Assembly (NCBI GenBank): GCA_002189035.1
Contig: NEEC01000016.1
Coordinates: 1,178,001 to 1,242,000, forward strand
Source of the DNA: Utricularia gibba
Taxonomy: Eukaryota; Plantae; Magnoliophyta
DNA: 64,000 nucleotides
Direction of reading: 5' to 3'
Part shown: positions 36,216 to 51,450 of the stretch, piece after piece
How the letters are laid out: the number at the start of each line of letters is the position of its first letter
How positions within the stretch are numbered: position 1 is the stretch's first letter
Program-made: the position numbers and the translations under genes
The notes under the pieces: model-generated
The model's input: the letters and a program-made list of their open reading frames with translations, nothing else
The model's database searches: none
Told to the model about the DNA's origin: nothing

Positions 36216-38310
36216 ATGGAGGAACTCTACCGGGAACAGATACTGATATCGACTACTGCAAAAATGTCCACCAGGAAGGAGCTTATGTCCATCTCAATGA
36301 AGAGAACTAGAGAATGGTTTGTTGTCTCTTATTTATTGTGTCACTTTGCACTCAACGCATGGAGTTAAGGATTTGAGAACTGAAGCATTGATTCTGAGTT
36401 TGACAGGATATTATCTGCGGAAACACCTTCTGATCTGATGATACATGTGGGGGAAACTTCCTTTTCTTTGCACAAGGTACAGAGAGCATTCTTTGCAGAA
36501 CTTTAACTGCTACTTAGGCTTCTTGAATCCTCTACTTCCATATTTAATCTTATAAGGTGTACACTGAAACCTCAAAAGGTTCCTCTGCTGTCGAAATGCG
36601 GATACATAAAGAAGCTCATATCAGAAGCGGATGAAGCTGGTGATCGGTTGACAATAGAACTCTTTGAGCTTCCTGGTGGGGCAGAGGGATTTGAGTACGC
36701 AGCAAAGTTCTGCTATGGCGTTGGGTTTGAGATGAACACGGGAAACATTGGTGTACTTCGATGCGTGGCTGAGTTTCTAGAAATGACAGATGAATATGCT
36801 GCTGGAAACTTGGTTTCCAGGACTGAAGACTTCATAACTGGAAGGGCACTTCAAAGCCTTTCTGGGGCAATTTACACGTTGCATTCTTGTGTAGGCATTC
36901 TTGATGCAGCAGAGAAAATTAAGCTGGTAAGCCGTTGCATCGACGCCATCGCTTTCTTCACCTGCAGAGATATCACATTAGCAGCCTATGAGAAGGTGAA
37001 TGGCAATCAAGAAGTTTACTGGTGGGCTAAATCTTTGAGTATTCTTAGATTTGATGTCTTCCAACGAGTGCTCGTTGCAATGGTAGCCAGAGGATTCAGT
37101 CAGCTGGCTCTCGGCCCTGTTCTAGTACAGTTCTCCATGAAGTTCATCAAAGGATTGGTAAGGTTTCTGAATATAAAAAGGAAGAAAGGCGCCACCATTC
37201 ATCAAAACCTCCCTGTTTTGTTTTTCAGGAGATTTATGCGAAGTTGAGGAAGAAGACGGAGCCTAGAGAACAACAAGAGAAAAGGGTCATTTTGGAAGCG
37301 ATAGTTGGTTTTCTTCCAAGACAGAAAGACACATTCTCAGTTAGTTTTCTCTCTATGCTTCTCAAAGCAGCAATCTACCTAGACACAACTGTTTCTTCTC
37401 GCCTCTGCCTGGAGAAAAGAATAGCCTTACAACTCGAGGATGCTGTCCTGGGTGATCTTATGATTCCTTCCTATTCTTCAGAAGGGTGTGCGGTGTTCGA
37501 TATCGATACTGTGAAGAGAATCATCTCTAGCACCTTGGAGTTTGAAAATGAAAACCATAGAGGAGTCAGTAAACTGATGGAGGAGTACCTCGCTGAGATC
37601 TCCTCTGACCCCAACTTATCTATTTCACAGTTCATCAGTTTTGCGGAACTGATCTCTCGAGATTCAACAGCCAGCGATGACGGAATCTATGAGGCAATCG
37701 ACATTTACTTGAAGGTTGTTAGCTCTCATTCAAAGTTCAATCCTTCGTTTTCATAACTTGTGTGTTTTGGTTGCAAAATATCCATCCACAGGCTCACCCA
37801 GCTCTCAGTGACATGGAAAGAAAAAAGCTCTGCAGTGTGATGGACATCCAAAAGCTCTCACTCGAAGCCTGCTCGCGTGCAAGATGCAACAAAGGCCTCC
37901 CGCTTCAAATCACCCTTCAACTTCTCAGCAGCGAGCAGCAACATCTCAGCCACCGCTGCTCCGATTACAACAGCGAGCAGGCCAGAATCAACCCGTGTGC
38001 AAATGACAGAAGCTTGTGCGCCAAAAGGGAAAGCCATGAACAGAAAATGGAGCTGATTAGCATAAAAACAAAGGCTAGTGATACGGGTAAACAGTCTGTA
38101 TCCCGCATCTACTCCAACATTACTAGCGCTGGCACCGCGGGGAAGGCTCCAACACAAAAGAAGACCTTGATCAGCGCCGTGCCGATAAAACTCTTCCCGT
38201 TACTCCGGGCAGACGCCGCTTGCAAGCCGCCACTCAAGGGTAAAACCACACTCAAAGAAACAGATGCAAAACAACTCAAAGAAAAGTGTCCAACTTTTGG
38301 ATCTTTCTGA
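36216..38310 (+). CDS. BTB/POZ-NPH3 (NRL) family protein, SR1IP1-like, 5 exons
   Basis: MSTRKELMSISMKRTREW|ILSAETPSDLMIHVGETSFSLHK|VPLLSKCGYIKKLISE (BTB); LPGGAEGFEYAAKFCYG; LRCVAEFLEMTDEY; WWAKSLSIL; SFLSMLLKAA; LEKRIALQLEDAVLGDLMIPS; FDIDTVKRI; AIDIYLK|AHP; ERKKLCSVMDIQKLSLEA. The start is ATG 36216 or 36264. Confidence 0.9.
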
Positions 38311-38527
38311 ATCAAGTTTTTTGATACAGTAAAGTAACTGTAAAATTGCAACCCCCTTGAAGCCTTCTTCCATTTTGTTGGGAACCACTCCTTCCCCACC
38401 TGTGATTTGTTGCTTTCTGTTGCTCAATCCAATAAAAACAAAAACGCAAAAAACCAGGGACTTGAAAATAAATAAAATAAGTATTTGAATAACGTGGCGT
38501 TGACTGTAAGTCAAAACGTACAATAAC

Positions 38528-40138
38528 CTAAGCAGCAGGTACCCACGCCGTAGCGAAGATGACGTTATGACCCTTCCACGTAAGCACTAAATGCTGTTCG
38601 TCTTCTTCCTTCTTGAGTCCCCACACCGGAGCATGCTCATCAAGCATCCGCTTCACCTCCCCTATCGCTTCTTCACTGAACGCAACTCCTCTGAATCCGA
38701 CGTTTCTCATTCTCTGCACCCATTTGCTCTTCGTCTCCGCCCGTTCGACTCGCTGCCGGCCTTCCTGCGATACCACATTCTCGATTTTCCAGTATATATC
38801 AGCCTCGTACCTGAGTTCAGTTCAGTGAATGAAGGAAGGTTCAGATTGGATTCCTGCAAGAGCATTACATCACCATTGTACTTACCATTCTCGGGATTTG
38901 TTCCCATTTGGAAGGAAGGTTTCCATTGTATCATAAGGAATCCAGAGATAGTTGTAAGCTGCTATCAACCTGTTGACAAGATTGATCGATGTGAAGTCTG
39001 CGTCTTCGTCGACCACCATGACGACCGTCGGGTTCAAGGTCCGTACGGCCTTGAGAAACATGTCGCGGAGGGACATGGAGTCTATGGTTTCTTCCGGGAT
39101 GTAGTGCAGCATCATGTGGCAGTTGATCACCAGGGCTTCTCCTGTTTCTGTTGGAAACAAGCGAAAGAGTCGATCAGTGGTTTTGGAACTAATCACGCAG
39201 ATTGATTATTTGTATCATATTCGAATTTCGTCGGCAAAACCGCAAATCGACATCCCAAATCAATGCCGTGAAGCTATCTGGGATCCGAAGTGCAGCATGG
39301 AACCTTCCATGGATGTTAACGGAAGAACCCTAATCAAGAAGTAGATTATTTTTTATGACTCTGGGCACTAAAGCTATCTCCTTTGAGGCAGAGTTACGAA
39401 AACCAGAAGATGAATGCAAACATTGTCATCACCTTGTGGTAGCTGAAGCTGTTCTATCAATGCCGAGAAGCCATCGGAGCAGGTGCAAGGAACTGTGCGG
39501 AACTCCAGTACGAGGTTCTTGGACATGGCGAAGTTCACGAGCTTGGATCCGAGCTCGTCGTATGTGAAATCAGGAAACGGGGGGAACTCCTCTATCGTGC
39601 CCGCTACGGTGAGCTTTATCACCGGCAGGATTTTCAATCTGGATGCGATGGCATCGATCAGCGTCGGAATCTGCATGCAGTGTGTCAGGCTTATGTCTAC
39701 GATGTGAACCACCGGATATCCCTCGACGGCTTCGATCAATGCTGAGTTCGCAGCAGTAAACCCGAACCTGTATCAGAAAAATTGGTTCTAATCTTCACAG
39801 AGCTTAAAACTAGAGCTGGAATAATCAATTGTGGAAATGAAAAACCTGTGCCATGGAGTTAAGTCGACGAAGCTGGCGAGCTCGATGATGGAGAACCTAT
39901 GGTTATGAATGATGGGAAGGTTGTTATCAGGATGGAGATGGGCCACGGCGGTAAGAAGCTTGGTGTTGCCGGTCTTGGTGGCGCGTGTGATTAAAGCGCG
40001 GAGGAACCCCCAAGTCAAGCGCTGGTTGGAGTCTCCGTCGGCGGCGGCGATGTTGTTGAGAACCCATAGAATCTGCTGCGAAAGAGTGGCGTCGTTACTC
40101 TCGATGGCGGCAGCGCAGTGCACCAGAAGCTGCTCCAT
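38528..40138 (-). CDS. SCL32: GRAS transcription factor, SHR branch, SCL32-like; 3 introns; 5' end uncertain
   Basis: DANCMEQLLVHCAAAIESNDATLSQQILWVLNN, GDSNQRLT, FVDLTPWHRFGF, VHIVD, CMQIPTLIDAIA, ALVINCHMMLHYIPEE, LNPTVVMVVDEDAD, YNYLWIPYD, EGRQRVER, LTWKGHNVIFATAW. Introns at 39768-39845, 39148-39432 and 38811-38885. Coding may extend upstream of 40138. Confidence 0.9.
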
Positions 40139-40846
40139 GCAATTAGCATCACTGTTGAAGAAGAGAGAAATGGCATGATTCACAACAACAACTGTAACAA
40201 AAGAACACAAGAATGCGATGACAATGACCAGACTGCATAGTGGTACCTGAGGCATTGAATATTTCCTGCAAACTGAAACAAAAAGCCTTTCTTTTTTCCC
40301 CATTGATTGTTCCCTCAAAAGTGACTAGAGAGTCCTCAGAATCTGTTCTGGTCAGCAGCAGAATCTGGAAATCATTAGCTCCAGGGCTACTCTCCTCCTC
40401 GCTCACCCTTCTCAGCACCTCTTTCTTTTCTCCATCTTGATGTTCTGAAGGGGAAAAAGAGGAGATGGAGATGTATCGTATGTCATCCCTATCAAGGGGC
40501 CATAACACGCGTCCTCCCTGAGCTATTCTCATTTATGAATTCAGAGGTCTGTTCACTATCCACCCGATAACGGTATCTACTCGTCGGACGAGAGAGACGA
40601 CCATCCTTTCAACCTTCTTCTTCTCCCTCTTCTCCTCCTACTCCTCCTCCTGTAACCGCATTTCAGGTCTTGTAAAACCAGAACGTAACGTGAGGTGCCA
40701 TTGAAGGAAATGAGAGGATCGTTGAAGGTCTGGTTGATTCGGTATCAAGTCACGCTTCACCAAGCACGAAGAGACAAAGCGTGAGTGAGAACGTGGCTGA
40801 GTGACTCATCTTGTCTCCTTCTCTCTCCCTCTTTCTTCTTCTTTTT

Positions 40847-40848
<2 letters not shown>

Positions 40849-40884
<36 letters not shown>
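40849..40884. repeat. Poly(dT)36 tract upstream of the GRAS gene
   Basis: 36 consecutive T, following a CT-rich stretch. Confidence 0.9.
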
Positions 40885-40890
<6 letters not shown>

Positions 40891-40964
40891 TACCTTGCCC
40901 ATTCATCATCATATGGTTGATTTGTTATGGGTAAAAAAGCTTGCACTATTAAATTTATTAGAAT

Positions 40965-41222
40965 TGTTTGATAGTATAGTATAAAAGATTATATTCAATT
41001 TTATAAATAAATCATTGTCTAACTAATTAATATATGTATATCATTTTTGCATTATCATATCATTAACATATTCATTACAAATGGAGTGGAGTGGGAGTTA
41101 AATTATATTTATTCCATTTACATTATTATATTTCCATTTAGAATATAAAAGATTATATACAATTGAGTATTTATATATATAATTATATTATATTTAAATA
41201 TAATAATACCTTATTATCAAAA
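40965..41222. mobile_element. Putative MITE family B, copy 2
   Basis: Imperfect terminal inverted repeats TTTGATAGTATAGTAT / ATACCTTATTATCAAA; the 3' half is shared with 30098-30294. Confidence 0.5.
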
Positions 41223-41580
41223 GACTTATTAGTATAATTATGACTCAACATGTTCAATATTTAGTTTAATTAATCATATATTGAATTATTTATATTTATA
41301 TAAACACGTGTTATGAAGTTATAATTAAAATTATATTTAATATATGCATTTATAATATATGAAAAAAAAACAAATTAAACTATTCTAAGGATGAGAGTTT
41401 TAACAAATTTCAGGAAAAGTAACTAAATTTCAGGAATATTTCATTTCATAAATAAATAATAAATTCAAAATTTGGGAAAATTTTGATGAAATTTTAAATC
41501 ATCGAACTCCAAGGTCTTGAAAGTGGAAATCGTATGCCTTGTTTCCGGTCCGTATTTACTTTTCAACGTGACAGAGAGCC

Positions 41581-41597
41581 GGCCCAAAAAAGGCCCA
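41581..41597. promoter_or_regulatory. Site II pair, CK2 promoter
   Basis: GGCCCA at 41581 and 41592, about 110 bp upstream of ATG 41702. Confidence 0.5.
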
Positions 41598-41701
41598 ATA
41601 TGCTCCACGATGAGTTTTTTTTTCTCGTAGAACGACGTCGTGTTGATGGAAAGTCGGGGTTTAGATTAGATCGAAAACTGGTGAGGAAAAATGCAAATTT
41701 G

Positions 41702-44079
<2,378 letters not shown>

Positions 44080-47000
44080 TAAAAGGGCTCTCAAATGCTA
44101 TATCCATATCCGCCGTCTGTGTTTCTTCTGGTTCTTCAGTGTTGTTGCGAGAATGCCAAGTCCGTTTCAAAGAAAAGATGACACCCCTTTTAAATTCGAA
44201 ATGCCGCTGTTGGAGTGGAATCTTGGTTAGGATGTTTGAGTCCGCGCCCCTTCAGACCATCATTGTTGTTTTTCCTGCATTTTAATTGCTCAGGGTACCG
44301 TACAAATCTTTCACCGAGGACGCACACACTCTCACAACCACCGCACCGCACCACCGGAGATTCGAGGCATTGGGTTCCTAATAAACACTTGGGAACCTGT
44401 TGCACTGTGAATACATCGGCACCTGGGGCTGGGTGTGGTAACTGCACAAATCCATGCATGATGATGGGGATGGGGTCGATGGATGTCTGTCGAAGAAGTG
44501 GAGTAAGGCTGCCACTGTGTTGAATTCAACATCTCTGCAGCATCTTCTCTTCTGATACCAGTCAGCACAGCCATTTATGTATCTGCTGCCTCTTTCCATG
44601 TGAGATGAGACAAAAAACGAGAAACAGAGAGAGTTATGCCCATTGCCCACCAGTCAGCCTTGAAAATGGTCGTCTTCTGCGGACATGATATCTCTCTTGT
44701 TTGCACACACACCATTTCAGACTCAGTTCCGGTTGCACGAGGATGATGAACGGGCTTTCCGCACCGCGGCTGCTAGGGCTCCATTTTCTTGATGGGCTCT
44801 AAGGTGCCCAGAATAGTTATTACAAACACAATCTCAATTCATAATCTTATCACCTACCCTAGTATTGCACGATATTATTCATTTTGGACATTTAATATTT
44901 ATGATTTTACATTATTATCTTTTGTAAAAAATGTCTTATGTAATATTAAAAAGGTAATTTTATTTTAAATACGTATTCAATCATATGTAATCAATGTGGT
45001 ATACGTAATCATCACTAAACTACTCAATTTACATTTACTTCTTAGACACTCACATTCTCGCTAGGTGGCACCTCATCATATCATCGACATGAATCCGAAT
45101 TTGACTGTAATATCAAAATGTCATAACCCACTCTCATTTTACATGATATTGTCCACTTTAAGTATTCGAAGCGGACAATATCATGCAAATTGAGTGTGAG
45201 TCGTGAAACATAATCCACCAACACCCCAAATTCTCTCCCAAAAAACAATATTCACCAAAACAAGTAAAAAAAAAAGTTACTTTACCACACGAAAGTGGTG
45301 CTGAGAGGGGATTTTTATCCTCACACACAAAGAGATGAGATGCGGGAATGTGGATTCTTTGGGTTGTCCAGAAGCGAGCAAGAATTTTAATCAATATAAT
45401 CTGTTTTTACTTGGTATCTGATTGGTTCCATGCCCTTTCCTTGGATTCTTGTGTGGCTTTTATATTGCCGTACGTAACCACTTGCCCTTTGTGGTAGACC
45501 CACTGCCGGCATCCCTGATTAGGAGTTGGTAATGGAGATTAAGGGCTGCTAATGGGGATTAAGAAAAATGGGAATCGAAGCAAGGCCCAGGATCCTTAAC
45601 GTGCGATATCTAATTTAGAATATACCCCCATTTCTGGGGCTTCTTTTTGTAAAGACACAGGAGTTGTGCGTGGAAAGCGACCACCACCACTTATTATTTA
45701 ATAGCACGTAATTATGAGGCTAATCTCTTCATCATTCTCCTAATCTCCCGCCGCCCACTTAATTATCGTAAGATATTTTATTATATGAGAATTACAAAAT
45801 TAAAAAAAAAAAGAGGAAAAAAAAGCGTAGTCAGTGGATGGAAAAAGGTTCAAAAGGTGGCTAGTGAAATGTCCGTAATACCCTTACTTTTTAGAGCTGT
45901 GTATCTAGCGTATCCATTTGTTGCACCTCGACCTGGATTCTTCAGGTAACATACACCTCCACATACATCGGATAATTTCATAACATGTTTTAACATTAAA
46001 AAAATATTTATTAAATCTTAATTAATAATTATTTATCATGCATACGATATACAATTTTATAAAACATTATTAAAATAATTTAAAATTTAAAATTGAAAAC
46101 ATTCTTTTTTTTAAGAATACGAAAATTTTTTATGAAATATTGAAAAAAAATGAAGAAAGAGAATATAAGTGATGATTGGAAAAAGAAAATTATTTATAAT
46201 GAAAAGAGAATATAATGATAAAGATTATGTTTCAATATGAATTAAGAAGTAAATAATAAAAATTATTTTTCTAATTAATTAATGATGCATTTTTAATATA
46301 AGTTAATTAACATAAAATAATATTTTATATTCCATCAAATTCTCATGAAGTTTATAGAATGAATTTAAAAAGGAAATAACCATATATTCCGGCAATTAAA
46401 ATGATGGGAAATTAGCGGAGAGAGGGTGGTCCTGTCAAACCGACACCGCTACTTTGTTTGATTATTCCCCGAATAAAGCTGCACCATGTGACTTTTCCCT
46501 TCGTTTTCCTTATTTTCTCCCAAAATATTTTTCGAAAATTGATATATAGTTTAATGAAAATAAAAAAATACTTCTAAATTTATATATTTTGAAAACAGAA
46601 ATAACTCATATCTTTTTTTATATAAATTATAAAAAAGGATAGTAAAGAGATCCTCGTAAACAGAGTTTTTAAAAATGAATTAAATCAAATTAAAACATTT
46701 TAATAATGGAGTGAATTGGGTTGAATTCATTATGAATATATTATCAAAAATAATTTTCTAAATTTTAGAATTTTCTTTTATTTTTAATAAAAAAGTATTG
46801 AATCCCAATCCAACATTAGATGCGTCCCATGATTTTAAATCATTGGTTGTAAATCCCATCCATTAATCCAATCTTTATCTTTCATACATTACAATAAAAA
46901 TTTTATACATATGGTAGTTATTTTTCTCATATATTCAAAATACGATGACTACTTTTGTAATATACTCATCCATTATTATATAAAGTAAAATAAAAACGAA

Positions 47001-47270
47001 TGTTCATTTATTAATTCTGAAAATTAATAAGGGTTGGTAAATAAATGTGATATAGTTTGATGGGGGTCGGGTTAACCCGTTGGGTTGGATGATGGTTCGG
47101 TTCGGGCAAGTGAAACGGGAGAAGCTTCAGCTTGACAGTTTAAGAGTCTCTCTCTGGGAGTGCAGTCTCGCTTTCACTGAGTCTCTCCTGGGGGTTGCAG
47201 AGGCGGTATCAGAAGCTAAGTGACGGATGAAGCGCCACCGCGTCACGACTTGGTGTCCTACGGACTGAGA

Positions 47271-49990
47271 ATGGGAGCACTTCCCCGTTCCTGGATTCTG
47301 CTTCTCTTGCTTCTGTTGATCGCCATTGTTGGCGGCGAGGAGAATGGCCGGAGGATTCTCCACCAGCCCTTGTTCCCGTTTGTTTCATCAGAGCCACCGC
47401 CTCCGCCGCCGCTGCCGCCTGCCCTGGATTCGCCTCAGCAGGACCAGCCCTTCTTCCATGAGCTCCCATTTGGGTCTTCCGAGGGGATACCCAGCAAATG
47501 CCGCCGCCGCCGCCGTTTGTTGGAGCGATGGAAACACCGGTGACTCCTCCGCCGTCCAGTTTGATTAAGAAAGTGGCGATCGCGGCGGCATTGACTGTTG
47601 TGACTTTGGCTCTGCTGTTGGCGGTGGGGTTGTATCTATGCAAGCGGCGTGGGAATCAGAAGGATGAGTCGCGGAAGCTCGTCGGTGAGAATTCGATGGC
47701 TATCAACGTGGAATCGAGAATGCCGCCGCCTGCGCCGTCGCTTCTTTACATCGGGACTGTTGAGCCGTCCGTCGGTAGTTTGATTGATGAAGCCAGTGGC
47801 GCTGCGAATGGATCGCCGTATCGGAAGTTGAATTCGGGCAAAGTATTATTCGATCGTTACAGGCCGAGCCCGGAGCTTCATCCCCTACCACCATTGCCGA
47901 AACCACCGCCCCCTCCGCCGTCTCTGAGGCTAAATTCTCCCCACCCATGTCTTCTTCCGATGACGACACCAATTTCTACACTCCTCAACGGTCCTCTTTC
48001 AGCAATGGGTCTCCAGTTTTGCGTCAAAATCGCATTCATCAATCCAAAAGAACTTCCCCTAAATCTCGCCTCTCATCATCTTCTCCTGATACAAAGCCAG
48101 TGATTATACCCTCAATCAAGCAACCTCAACTCCCTTCACCTCCTCCGCCGCCAGTTGCGGCAGTTGCTTCTTCATTAGCGCCGCCGCTACCTAGTAAAAC
48201 CCTTCCGTATACCCCTAAAAGAGTAGGCCCAAAATTCCCCCACCTCCTCCTCCACCGGATATCTCGCGTCTCCGATCAATAACCGCCTCCGATCAGGAGA
48301 AACCCGGCGTCCCAATTCCACCGCCACCACCGCCGAACTCAGAAAATGGTGGGTCTGTAGATGCAACTGCAAAATCACTGCTTTCCGAAACGGTAACAAT
48401 ATCTGAGCTACAATGTAATACTCCCAACGAGACGGTAACTTCCCTTTCATGCCGCGATGATGAAATAAAAGAAGATGGAGATGGGTCGAAGCCGAAACTC
48501 AAGCCTTTGCACTGGGATAAAGTGCGAGCCACCTCTGAACGAGCCACAGTTTGGGACCAGATGAAGTCAAGCTCTTTTCAGTGAGTGAAGCTTCTTTCAA
48601 GGAAGTCAAAATTGTCATAATCGTCAGTAATGAGCCACATTTTTTGTTTCACAGATTGAACGAGGACGCCATGGAATCACTTTTTGGGTGCAGTTCATCA
48701 GGTAAGGATAGAGGACGAAAGCCTGTCCTGCCGATTCCACAGCGGGGGAACCGAGTTTTGGATCCTAAGAAATCTCAGAACATTGCTATTCTGTTAAGAG
48801 CGCTGAATGTCACAGTAGAAGAAGTCACCGATGCACTTCAAGATGGTACATTTTTTGTTATATGAAGACACTGCAGATTGTAGCGATTGCATGCCATTCA
48901 ATGGTGGGTGCATTTTGCAGGGAAATTAGAGGGATTGGGAGTGGAACTGCTGGAGACGTTAGTGAAGATGGCACCAACGAAGGAGGAAGAGATCAAACTC
49001 AAGAGCTACGATGATGAAATTTCGAAGCTGGGATCGGCCGAGAGGTTCCTCAAGGAGATTTTAGATATCCCATTCGCTTTCAAGAGAGTCGAGGCAATGC
49101 TGTATCGAGCTAACTTCGAGAACGAGACCGTTTACTTGTCGAAATCGTTCCAAACATTAGAGGTACTTACTGTACATGTCTGAGTTTGAGGCAATGCTTC
49201 ATGAAAAGCTTGCAAGTTCAGTGTTTGTTGCATTATCTGTGTTCAGGAAGCGAGTGAAGAGCTGAGGAACAGCCCCCTCTTCCTGAAACTTCTGGAAGCA
49301 GTTTTAAGAACAGGGAACAGGATGAACGATGGGACAAACAGGGGCCATGCCAGAGCTTTCAAATTGGATACATTGTTGAAGTTGGTGGACATCAAGGGAG
49401 CAGATGGTAAGACAACTTTGCTTCATTTTGTCGTGCAAGAAGTCATCCGGTCCGAAGGAGCCGAATCCGGAACAACTAGCGAGCCTCAGCAGCCGGATTT
49501 CAAGATGAAAGAGGATGAGTTCAGGAAAAAAGGGCTGCGCATTGTTTCAGGTCTCAGCAAGGAGCTGGGAAATGTCAAGAAAGCTGCTGGTATGGATTCC
49601 GATGTTCTTAACAGCTACCTTAGCAAGCTGGAAATGGGGCTTGAGAAGGTGAAATCCGTCATCCAATGCGAGAAAACATCGCTGCCCCGTGGTGAATTTT
49701 TCGACTCCATGAAAGTTTTCGTCAAGGAAGCTGTGGAGGAAATCAGCAGAATCAAGTCTCAGGAGATGAAGGCCCTGTCCATGGTGAAAGAGGTGACAGA
49801 GTATTTCCATGGCGACGCAGCAAAAGAAGAGGCTCATCCTTTCAGAATTTTCATGATCGTACGAGATTTCCTCTCTGTATTAGACAACGTGTGTAAGGAG
49901 ATAGGCAAACAGCAGCTGGAAAAAACCTCTTTTGGTGCAGGAAGGTCATTCAGAATGGCACCAACAGCAGCAACACGATACATATCATAA
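47271..49990 (+). CDS. FH6: Class I formin (FH6-like): signal peptide, TM, Pro-rich FH1, FH2; three -1 frameshifts in exon 1 as assembled
   Basis: [78 protein letters not shown], poly-Pro; FH2 [110 protein letters not shown]. Confidence 0.92.
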
Positions 49991-50799
49991 ATCAGATGTA
50001 TTTTTCTGGGATTGAACACCAAAACCATGAACAGTTTTACAGTAGACGTTTAGTAAATGATCCGATCCGCATATTCTGTAAAAACAGAAGGGTAAGGTGA
50101 AATCATTTTGATTCTCTGTAACGTGATACAAGGATGAAGAAGATGATGAAGCACACCCACATACATGATGTGATGAATGCAATGAAGCATGAATGATGAT
50201 GAACTACAGGTGTCAACTACAAGTTGAGTTTACTTGATGGAACTCACATTATACCTCATCATGATACAAAAATTTCATGAAAAACCCACTACCCTCATAA
50301 TCTATAAAGCCGAAGGAAATTTAATATAATCATGTTTGATCGACTTGTTTATATTTTTAAATATACATATGTTGAAAGAGTGTCTACCCTTGTCTTTGGC
50401 TAAGGACAATGATGATGAGAGTCAAAATGACAATTGCTGAGGTTTTGGTGTGCACCCAAACAACAACTTGAGGACTTGTGTGTGTGTAATGGGGAATTCA
50501 GGGGTGAGCCCTTTGAGGCAAAGATGCAATACCATGACATGGTAGCACAATGGTCAAGCACTACTAATGATCCTTTTTTTTATTTTCTAAGTTGTAGTTT
50601 TGGGGTTGAGTTACAAGTTAGGAAAGGAGGAGGATAAGAAGGAAAATGGAGTGACCAGGCAAGATTAAGTGCATGGGAGAAGGATAGCTATGGAAACGCT
50701 CATGGGACGTGCACATGTGAACTTTTGTAGTATGGGACTTCTTCAAGCTTAGCCTGTCTCGTCTCCCTTGTCTATTGGGTTGCAATTGTTCAACAATAA

Positions 50800-51450
50800 C
50801 TCACCTATTCTACCTGATGCTCGACATTTTCATAGTCTTGTGGGATGCTTGCTATATTTTTCATACACCAGGTCAGATTTGGGCTTTGCAACACACACCA
50901 CTTAAGCCAATTTATGCAAAAACCTAGGGGATCACTTTGAAACACGGGAGTGCATGTGATTGGTTATTTGCTGAGATCTCAAACTCTCAGTATCAGGTAC
51001 AAACCGATCGTTGGTACAGAATCTAACGCTTATTATGATGCAGGTGTGACAACTTGTTCTATTACTCGTAGTTCACTCTGAGTATTGTATCTTTTTCGAT
51101 GGGCAACTGTTCTCTTGGAAATCCAAGAAACAGTCGACTATCTCAAAGTCCTCAACTTAGGCTAAGTATCATAGTATGGCAGCTGCCACATTGGAACTAT
51201 GATGGTTGCCATCTCTTTTGAAGGATTTATGTAGGTCCATCTCATTATTATGTGATAACAAATTAGGTATCCATATTACACAAAACCTAATGTTTTAGGA
51301 ACAAACTAAACGTATCAAGATTTATCGTCACATTGTACATGAAAGCTATGACAAGGGATTCTTGGTTCTAAAGTATGTTCTTTCAAAGAGTCAACTTATG
51401 GCTATGCTGACTAAGACTTTACGGGCTAACAGCTTTCAACATCTCTTGTT
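50800..51450 (+). mobile_element. Degenerate Ty1/copia RT C-terminus plus RNase H fragment
   Basis: Translates, with stops and frameshifts, to HSLVGCLLY..TRSDLGFA..LSQFMQKP, FSWKSKKQSTISKSST*AKYHSMA, EL*WL..LLKD, LLCDNK..IHITQN.MF*EQTKRIKIYRHIVHE, SKSQLMAMLTKTL. These match the copia motifs ISWKSKKQ, SSAEAEY, CDNK, PVFHERTKH and QLAD.FTK. Confidence 0.88.

Noticed and set aside
38591-39205. 204-aa plus-strand ORF and similar long antisense ORFs over the subtilase, formin, HD-Zip and bHLH exons
   Set aside because: Antisense shadows of GC-rich coding exons with no recognisable motifs.
40505-40680. miR390-site-like TCCTCCCTGAGCTA and a faint tasiARF-like 20-mer (possible TAS3)
   Set aside because: Pairing is limited to the 3' half with mismatches, the tasiARF match is only about 13/20, and there is no second miR390 site.
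44378-44650. EPF/EPFL-like peptide reading (STPSPSSC...QVP)
   Set aside because: It lacks the six-Cys spacing, the terminal W-x-C-x-C motif and a clear signal peptide.
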